Assembly: GCA_004524445.1 (NCBI GenBank)
Contig: SDNP01000011.1
Location: 16,668 to 80,667 of the forward strand
Direction: 5' to 3'
Length of the DNA stretch: 64,000 nucleotides
From: Candidatus Thorarchaeota archaeon
Lineage (GTDB): Archaea > Asgardarchaeota > Thorarchaeia > Thorarchaeales > Thorarchaeaceae
Shown: positions 57,482 through 64,000 of the stretch, piece after piece
Position numbering within the stretch: position 1 is the first letter of the stretch
Layout: each line of letters opens with the position of its first letter
The notes under the pieces: generated by a model
Databases searched by the model: none
The model's input: the letters and a program-made list of their open reading frames with translations, nothing else
Told to the model about the DNA's origin: nothing
Position numbers and translations under genes: made by a program

Positions 57482-58300
57482 CTATATCGCCCCCTTCTTT
57501 GCGAGGAATTCAACCAGTTGTCTTGCTGCTTCCTTCGGGTCTTCAGCCTCGATTTTGATGCCGCCTTTCTTCTTCTCAGGGGGATATACCTTGCGTACTT
57601 GCGTTGGCGATCCGGATAGTCCCAGTTCGTCCTCGTCCACATCAAGGTCATCAGCACAGACTTCCTCGAGAGGTTTCTTCTTCGCCTTCATGATGCCCAT
57701 AATGTTCGGAAGGCGGGGTTCGTTCAATCCCTTGTCAGCAGTGATTAGGAGGGGCATTTTCGCTCGAACAACTTCGTAGCCCTCGTCTGTTCCACGATGG
57801 GCAATCACATGTTTGCCGTTTTCATCTATCTCAAGATGCCGGACATAACAAATCTGGGGAATTCCAAGAAGTTCAGCCAGTTCTGGACCCACTTGGGCGG
57901 TATCTCCATCAATTGCTTGCTTTCCGCAGATTATCATATCGTATTCCATCTTCTTAATCTGCTGCGCCAATGTGAAGGCAGTAGCCCATGTATCAGCGCC
58001 TGCAAACTTCATATCAGTCATATGGACTGCTTTGTCACCGCCCATGGCAAGAGCCTTGTAAAGTGCGTCTTTTGCTTGTGGTGGGCCCATTGTAAGAATG
58101 GTGACTTCACCACCATGTTCTTCCTTCAGTTTGATGGCTTCCTCTACAGCATATTCGTCAAATGGATTCAAAATGCTGGGAACGCCCTCTCGGATTAGTG
58201 TGCCAGTCTCCGGGTCAACCTCTACTTCGGCAACCTCGGGAACTTGCTTCACAGGTACTATTATCTTCATTAGCGATGCACCGCTTTGTATAACGCTCAA
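57482..58300 (-). CDS. etfB: electron transfer flavoprotein beta subunit
   Basis: VKQVP, NPFDEYAVEEA, MGP, GADT.AT, GKQAIDGDTAQVG, GLSGSPT. Confidence 0.96.
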   Translation of the reverse strand: MSVIQSGASLMKIIVPVKQVPEVAEVEVDPETGTLIREGVPSILNPFDEYAVEEAIKLKEEHGGEVTILTMGPPQAKDALYKALAMGGDKAVHMTDMKFAGADTWATAFTLAQQIKKMEYDMIICGKQAIDGDTAQVGPELAELLGIPQICYVRHLEIDENGKHVIAHRGTDEGYEVVRAKMPLLITADKGLNEPRLPNIMGIMKAKKKPLEEVCADDLDVDEDELGLSGSPTQVRKVYPPEKKKGGIKIEAEDPKEAARQLVEFLAKKGAI

Positions 58301-58454
58301 TCTATCCTCCGCAGGATAGCACTATTATAAAGAAATTTCCATACGGAAAAGAAAATTGACTCATGTAGATAGACATGGTCTTACGTAATGCTTTTATCTG
58401 ACCTGTCGTCGATACGATATACGTTCCAATTACACCAGTTGAGGTAGTTTAACA

Positions 58455-58808
58455 ATGGGCAAAGAAAAGATACTTGGTGCACTTATACTCATCTTCGCAC
58501 TCTTAGTGATGATTTACTATACATGGGGTCTGGTCTTACTTCAGAACCCTTGGTTTGGACTGGGCATGCAAAATTGGGTCATTAGTACATTTGATGCAGG
58601 CATTCTTCGTGATATCTTCCTGCCAGATCCAATGTTCCTGATTATCCTTCCAGTTTGGTTGGCAGCCGTCCTAATTTGCGTTATCGGCATGTGGATAGGT
58701 TGGACAATGCTTACAACTCCCGCTCCTGAACCCCTCGAAGACTTCGATTTCGATGAAGAGAGCATTGAGGAAGAAGAAACCGAGGAAGAAGGCGAAGACG
58801 TCGACTAG
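58455..58808 (+). CDS. 2-TM membrane protein resembling DPM2
   Basis: ILGALILIFALLVMIYYTW...IFLP...IILPV...IGMWIGWTMLTTP; acidic tail; GAGGT SD. Confidence 0.6.
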   Translation: MGKEKILGALILIFALLVMIYYTWGLVLLQNPWFGLGMQNWVISTFDAGILRDIFLPDPMFLIILPVWLAAVLICVIGMWIGWTMLTTPAPEPLEDFDFDEESIEEEETEEEGEDVD

Positions 58809-58834
58809 GCTGGTGTACAGTAATACAGATTATT

Positions 58835-58856
58835 GAGGGGGTCTTAGGACCCTCTC
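58835..58856. terminator. hairpin between convergent genes
   Basis: gagggggtc-ttag-gaccctctc. Confidence 0.5.
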
Positions 58857-58896
58857 TTAACATTCTATTTTCTCATAACTAACTGAGATTTTTACA

Positions 58897-61461
58897 CTAG
58901 CTCTTGCATTCCGGAATCTGCAACACGAATTTTGTTCCAGAGGTTGGGTCACCTTCAATTCTATCTTCAACCCGTACCCTCCCACCATATCGCTCAATGA
59001 TTCTCTTTACAAGTGTAAGCCCGATTCCCGACCCGGATCTTCTATCCGGAAGAAGCCTTGCAAAAAGGCTCTCTTTATGCTCATCTGATATTCCCGGGCC
59101 ATAGTCTGTAACTGAAATTTCAATTAGGTCTTGATGTACAATTCTATCTGCTTTCACTTCAATGGTAATATCTTCAGAATCAGAGAATTTCACTGCATTA
59201 TGGAAAAGGTTGTAGAAGACATCTATCAAGAATTCATCAGCCCTAGCACAGTAGTTCTCATCGATTTCAGTAATGAAGGTGACATCCTTTGTTGGGAAGG
59301 CGTTGATTATGGCATCTTTCGCCGTTTTAATGACGCCGGTTAGTTGGGTTTCTGTCAGGTTACGAGCAGCTTCATCCACTACCGAGAATTTTCTTACATT
59401 TGCGATCAGCTCAAGACTTCGCTTCACTTGTTCCAGAGCTGCCTGCAATTTGTTTTTGAGATGAGAGGGGAGGTCAGGATTTAGTAGTAGAAGCTCAAGA
59501 GAGGTCATAATGCCCTGATGCACATTATTGAGGTCGTGCGCCATTAGATCGTTAAAGAACTCTGCACGTGCCCTCGCGGCTTTGACCTCTTCTTCTGCTA
59601 GCTTTCTCTCCGTTTCATCGGTAATTATGATGAAGTGACTTGCTGAGCCATCATCGTTCATCATTACTGTGTATCTGTTTTTAATGAACGCTCGTGACCC
59701 ATCCTTTCTTTGTACCCAAAATTCAAGCTCGGTCAACTCAGATTCGGATAGTCGCATCTTACCATAAGCTCTCTTCAGGCGTTCTCTCTCTTCTGGGCAA
59801 GCAAGCTCAATGACCGTCATTTCCATTAATTCTTCACGAGGATATCCAAATATCTCGCATGCCCGATCATTGATTAAGACCACACGATCATTACGTCTAA
59901 TGATAAGGCCATCACGGACTGTGTCAGATACTATTCGAAAGTGTTCTTCGGCATTCCTAAGCTGTTCTTCAGTTATTTGTCGCTCCAACACTGTCGCCAA
60001 TAAATCTGCGATGGTATCAAAGAAGCTTCGGTCCAAGTCAACAAATTCTCTTCGTCCTCGCGAGGCAATATTAAGGACACCCAATACATCATTATTTGCA
60101 TTAAGAAGAGGCCAGGAGATTAAGGATTCTATTCCCAATTCCTGAATGCGTTCCATCTGATTCTGTGTTTCGTCACTGATATGAACGTCGCCAGCAAGAA
60201 TCGGTTTCTTAGTTCGTGCTGTACGAGCAACTAGCATATTAGCGCCATCAGATGATTCCATATCTATTTCCTGTTTCACTTGACCTTGATCAACTCCTTC
60301 CAGGGCTATCAGCTGTAATTTGCTCTCCTCTGGCACCAGCAATCGTATCACACCGAGGTCGAAGTCAAGCGTTTCAATCAGACCAGATAATACCCGACCA
60401 CAGAGATCTGCTCTATCCTCAGAATGAACAGCCGCATCAGCAACAAGACGATATGCTTCTCGTTCACGGTGTAACATCATCTTGGCGCGATTTCTTTCGG
60501 TGATATCAAGCATTGCAACATATACTCGATCCCATGTGTCCTCATGCCCAGGAGGGATGGTGACAGTCAGTAGCAAATCCCTGAATTTCCCTGAAGCCAG
60601 CTGAAATTCCGATTCGCCGCGGAAGTGAGTAGCACCATTAGCTAAAGCCACAAGCTCTTCTTTGAATGCATCAGTTGTACCCTCTGAGATGATAGAATCA
60701 ACCCCTTTGATAAGTTCCTCCTGTGACTCTACGTCATGCAGGTCAAGTGTTGCCTGGTTAACATTCAGAAGCTCAACAAGGTGAATACATTTTCTTAGCT
60801 CATCTGGATGTTCATCAAAGTACTTCCTGAAATCACTTATTCCCGAACCACGGAGGGTATCGAAGTATGCCTTAACTCGGGAGAAGTCCTCCTCCCAAAG
60901 CGAAATCGGAGAGTCTTCAAACAAGCTTCTAAATCGGCTCTCACTTTCGCGCAGTAAATCTTCTGCCCTATCAAGATTGGATTGGATTGAATTCATGCTC
61001 TCTTGAGCACGTTTTTCTGCTTCATGCACTCGTTTTTCGACTACTTCAATGGCCGATTGTTCTGTGAGATCACGGATGATAATTGAAACCATGCTCTGCT
61101 CTCCAAACTTTGTGACATCCGCGGATACTGATATCTTTCGAACTCTGCCACTAGAATCAACGAATTCATATTCCTCGTCATCATGTGTTGAATCACTATC
61201 CAGAAGCAAGAAGTATCTTTCAAGAGCTGCAGGGGCAGCATTACCGAGGAGAGAATTGGAGATGTCCGTGAATCTCTTTCCTAGTAGCTCTTGTTTTTCA
61301 GCCTCAAACAAATCAGCGAGGGCTTGATTTGCATATACAATTGTATTATCTTTCACGACTAAGATACCGTTACTTGATTTATCCATAAGCAGTTTTATTG
61401 AATTGCCATCAAGCCCTGGTATCTTGTTGCTCGCCCCGTAATCTGTCAGTTGGTTCACCAC
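58897..61461 (-). CDS. soluble PAS-PAS-GAF-PAS histidine kinase
   Basis: PAS ends RDLTE, DITER, DETERK; GAF (WPL...VLGVLNI); H-box LMAHDLNN, N-box NLFHNAVKF, DYGPGI, GSGIGL. Confidence 0.93.
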   Translation of the reverse strand: MVNQLTDYGASNKIPGLDGNSIKLLMDKSSNGILVVKDNTIVYANQALADLFEAEKQELLGKRFTDISNSLLGNAAPAALERYFLLLDSDSTHDDEEYEFVDSSGRVRKISVSADVTKFGEQSMVSIIIRDLTEQSAIEVVEKRVHEAEKRAQESMNSIQSNLDRAEDLLRESESRFRSLFEDSPISLWEEDFSRVKAYFDTLRGSGISDFRKYFDEHPDELRKCIHLVELLNVNQATLDLHDVESQEELIKGVDSIISEGTTDAFKEELVALANGATHFRGESEFQLASGKFRDLLLTVTIPPGHEDTWDRVYVAMLDITERNRAKMMLHREREAYRLVADAAVHSEDRADLCGRVLSGLIETLDFDLGVIRLLVPEESKLQLIALEGVDQGQVKQEIDMESSDGANMLVARTARTKKPILAGDVHISDETQNQMERIQELGIESLISWPLLNANNDVLGVLNIASRGRREFVDLDRSFFDTIADLLATVLERQITEEQLRNAEEHFRIVSDTVRDGLIIRRNDRVVLINDRACEIFGYPREELMEMTVIELACPEERERLKRAYGKMRLSESELTELEFWVQRKDGSRAFIKNRYTVMMNDDGSASHFIIITDETERKLAEEEVKAARARAEFFNDLMAHDLNNVHQGIMTSLELLLLNPDLPSHLKNKLQAALEQVKRSLELIANVRKFSVVDEAARNLTETQLTGVIKTAKDAIINAFPTKDVTFITEIDENYCARADEFLIDVFYNLFHNAVKFSDSEDITIEVKADRIVHQDLIEISVTDYGPGISDEHKESLFARLLPDRRSGSGIGLTLVKRIIERYGGRVRVEDRIEGDPTSGTKFVLQIPECKS

Positions 61462-61615
61462 CGGTTCTCGCTCTCAAAAGAACCCTCGTAGGACTTCAAC
61501 TTCGATGACATCTATGATAACAAGGTAGGGATTACGGAACTATAAAGGTAATTCGAATAAGTAATTGATTCTCTGGTTTATAAGGAATGCATTCACTTTT
61601 TCTTAGACCTATTTT

Positions 61616-62974
61616 CTAAGACTGTTCTATTGCAGTACGGATCAGTTCAACACCCCTTGCACTCAGCTCCTCAGCACGAGCCAGAGATTTGCTCTCAGCA
61701 AAGCATCTCCATAGAGGTTCTGTGCCTGAAGGGCGCATCAGAATCCAACCATCTTCGAATTGGAGTTTTACGCCATCCAGAGTAATCCTAGACATCCCTT
61801 CAGTCATCTCGAGGAGTTCACCTAGGATAGAATCCTTCTTTTCCTCAGGAACCGGGACCTTGGTTTTGGAGCTATGATAGGTTGGTAATTCATCCACCAA
61901 TTGAGAGAGAGACTTACCTTCGGTCGCCATGATTTCAATGACCTGTGCTGCCGTCATGGCACCATCTCGTACAGGCTGGTGTGGGGGATAGAAAATACCA
62001 CCATTTTCCTCGCCACCCAATTCTGCACCCAAATCTTTCAAGCGATGGGATACAATTATGCTACCTACTCTTGTCCACTCGATTTGCGCTCCAGCTTCTT
62101 TTGCGATATCCTCAATCAGCCGGCCACTACTCACTGGCGTGACAAGAGTTGCCCCATCATGTTTCGATAGAACCCTATTTGCAACGATAGCGAAGGATTG
62201 GTCACCCCAGAGGATGGTACCGTTCTCATCCACAAAGGCTGCGCGGTCCGCATCACCATCATGAGCTACTCCCAAGTCCGCATTTGTCGCTTTCACAGCA
62301 TGGCTCAGACCCGATAGGTTCTTTGGAATGGGTTCGGGATCTCTTCCAGGAAAATTACCATCCAGTTGCGCATTCAGTGACACCACATGGCAGCCTAGTT
62401 CCCGTAGGAGCAATGGTGTCACCAGTGATCCCACACTGTTTGCTCCATCGACAATAACCTTGAGATTCGCCTTTTCGATTACATCTGCATTGACTTGGGA
62501 CTTTATGGCATCGACATAGTGCCGTATTGAGTCGTCTTCAGTTGAAACAGATTTTATTTGATTCCACTCAGCAACGGTGAATTCCTCGTTGAAATATGCT
62601 GCCTCAATCTCTTCTTCTTTCACGCGGGATATTTCGATACCATCAGCACCAATCACCTTGATACCGCTGAATTCGGGAGGATTGTGAGAAGCAGTCACCA
62701 TCACCCCTCCGTCAACACCAAGTCGTGGAACAATGAATTGTAGTCCAGGTGTTGGAGCTGGTCCGATATCAACAACCGAACATCCTGTGGAGAGAAGACC
62801 TGATATCACAGCATTTAGAAACATCTCTCCGCCCTCACGAGAGTCTCTCGAGACCGCAATTGCACCAGGACCAAGTACAGTTCCGATGGCCCTTGAGAGA
62901 CGCAGAACTACGTCCACTGTCAGTTCCTGATTTATTCTTCCTCTAACACCGTTGGTTCCGAAGAGGTCACTCAT
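61616..62974 (-). CDS. alpha-D-phosphohexomutase (phosphoglucosamine mutase/phosphomannomutase)
   Basis: LFGTNGVRG, TASHNP, HDGDADR, GGEENG, RPSGTEP; start MSDLFG at 62974. Confidence 0.93.
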   Translation of the reverse strand: MSDLFGTNGVRGRINQELTVDVVLRLSRAIGTVLGPGAIAVSRDSREGGEMFLNAVISGLLSTGCSVVDIGPAPTPGLQFIVPRLGVDGGVMVTASHNPPEFSGIKVIGADGIEISRVKEEEIEAAYFNEEFTVAEWNQIKSVSTEDDSIRHYVDAIKSQVNADVIEKANLKVIVDGANSVGSLVTPLLLRELGCHVVSLNAQLDGNFPGRDPEPIPKNLSGLSHAVKATNADLGVAHDGDADRAAFVDENGTILWGDQSFAIVANRVLSKHDGATLVTPVSSGRLIEDIAKEAGAQIEWTRVGSIIVSHRLKDLGAELGGEENGGIFYPPHQPVRDGAMTAAQVIEIMATEGKSLSQLVDELPTYHSSKTKVPVPEEKKDSILGELLEMTEGMSRITLDGVKLQFEDGWILMRPSGTEPLWRCFAESKSLARAEELSARGVELIRTAIEQS

Positions 62975-63101
62975 CTGAGTTATCTCCAATCCATGCCAGT
63001 AATACACTGGTCTTAAGCATATTGAATGTGCGGGCTCACTCACCCTATGTAGATACATCACGATTTAAGAGGAGTTCATCTTCCCATGAGGTGATTATTC
63101 C

Positions 63102-63659
63102 ATGAGACTCTTTGGACGCAAGAATGATGACAAGTACACCGAGGCAGCCAAACTGCTTGCGGATGGTGAGGTTGAACAGGCACTAGAACTCTTACGTGAT
63201 TTTCTAGAGGAGCACCCCGACCATGCCAATGCCCATACGTCACTCGGAGTAGCACTGATTCATTTCCAAGAGAACCCTTCGGCAGATAGCCCGGAAATCC
63301 AAGAGGCCTTTCAGCATTTTGAGCGAGCCTTTGAACTTGACCCTGATGACGCGGTTCCAATCTTCAACAAGGCAGTCGCTCTTAGAGACCTCGGGCGTCA
63401 CGACCAGGCATTGGCATCCTTTGACAGAGTCCTTGAGGTTGAGGAACGTAATGCTCTCGCTGTGCTCCACAAGGCAGAGATAAACTACGAACTTGAAAAT
63501 TATGAGGAGGCACTGAGGCTGGCAAAGCTCGCTCTCATTCGTGACCCCGCCCTAGAGGAGCAGCTTGTCTGGGTGAAGGATGCTATGAGACGGGGAGGCT
63601 TCTTGGATGACGGCGGAAATGTCATTGACAAGCCCAAAGAGGACATTCCAGAAGAATAA
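63102..63659 (+). CDS. tetratricopeptide repeat protein
   Basis: TPR-like units: A...LG..L, AFELDPDD, NKAVAL..LG....A...F. Confidence 0.85.
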   Translation: MRLFGRKNDDKYTEAAKLLADGEVEQALELLRDFLEEHPDHANAHTSLGVALIHFQENPSADSPEIQEAFQHFERAFELDPDDAVPIFNKAVALRDLGRHDQALASFDRVLEVEERNALAVLHKAEINYELENYEEALRLAKLALIRDPALEEQLVWVKDAMRRGGFLDDGGNVIDKPKEDIPEE

Positions 63660-63737
63660 CTTTAAATTCACATCTTTTCGAGTCCACTCAGTCTCAGACG
63701 GTCACAAGCTTCTCCGTCTATCACATTCGGTGATCTC

Positions 63738-64000
63738 ATGTCACAAAAACAAGAACCAACATACCGCGGAGTCCCACTCTCTGAATTAGTCAAGATGGAC
63801 ATGGACTCCCTCATCAAACTTTTTCCAGCCAGGAGAAGGCGCACTCTCAGGAGAGGCCTCCCTCCACGTCAGAAAAAATTGCTCGTCAAACTGAGAAAGG
63901 CCCGCAAGGCTCAGCGAAAGGGCGAGGATGTTGTCGTTCGTACCCAATGCCGTGACATGATCATACTCCCCGAAATGGTTGACCTCACAGTCGGCATCCA
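63738..64000 (+). CDS. rps19p: 30S ribosomal protein uS19 (partial, runs off the window; not in ORF track)
   Basis: MSQKQEPTYRGVPLSELVKM...PARRRRTLRRG...VRTQCRDMIILPEMVDLTVGI; GGTGA SD. Confidence 0.93.
   Translation, partial: MSQKQEPTYRGVPLSELVKMDMDSLIKLFPARRRRTLRRGLPPRQKKLLVKLRKARKAQRKGEDVVVRTQCRDMIILPEMVDLTVGI

Noticed and set aside
56402-58319. Many overlapping ORFs (up to 223 aa) across etfAB
   Set aside because: Shadow frames caused by GC-rich codon bias in well-supported genes
1-64000. CRISPR arrays, tRNA/rRNA genes, transposases, integrases
   Set aside because: No regularly spaced short repeats, cloverleaf/rRNA signatures or recombinase motifs recognised by eye; a covariance-model scan would be needed to exclude small RNAs

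Overview
Gene-dense archaeal chromosomal window, most likely Asgard (Thorarchaeia-like). The taxonomy is inferred from longin/roadblock-type domains, a Zn-ribbon-Yip1 protein, a giant Ig-repeat surface protein with a longin-like cytoplasmic tail, archaeal uS19 and GGTGA/GGAGG Shine-Dalgarno (SD) sites. About 60 CDSs cover DNA repair (MutY-like, UvsE, Nth), redox/stress functions, transporters, peptidases and signalling. I saw no rRNA, tRNA, CRISPR array, integrase or transposase. Several probable genes are missing from the ORF track: a Lys-tailed histone-fold protein with a CTG start (35665-35865), a DUF1059 protein, a 21-aa Lys-rich peptide, a TGA-interrupted gene and partial uS19. The best candidates for new biology are: (i) an Lrp-associated cluster (M20 amidohydrolase, 4-repeat transporter, Fe-S flavoprotein, MBL hydrolase, homoserine dehydrogenase, AOR) next to Fd-EtfAB, which reads like an (acyl-)homoserine-lactone/homoserine catabolic route and is bracketed by a decayed direct copy of the etfA 3' end; (ii) a putative tri-longin protein beside a duplicated V4R-like protein; (iii) a DPM2-like membrane protein; (iv) a circularly permuted MscL; (v) recurrent CTG/ATC start codons. 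All family calls come from recognising motifs by eye; no database searches were run.
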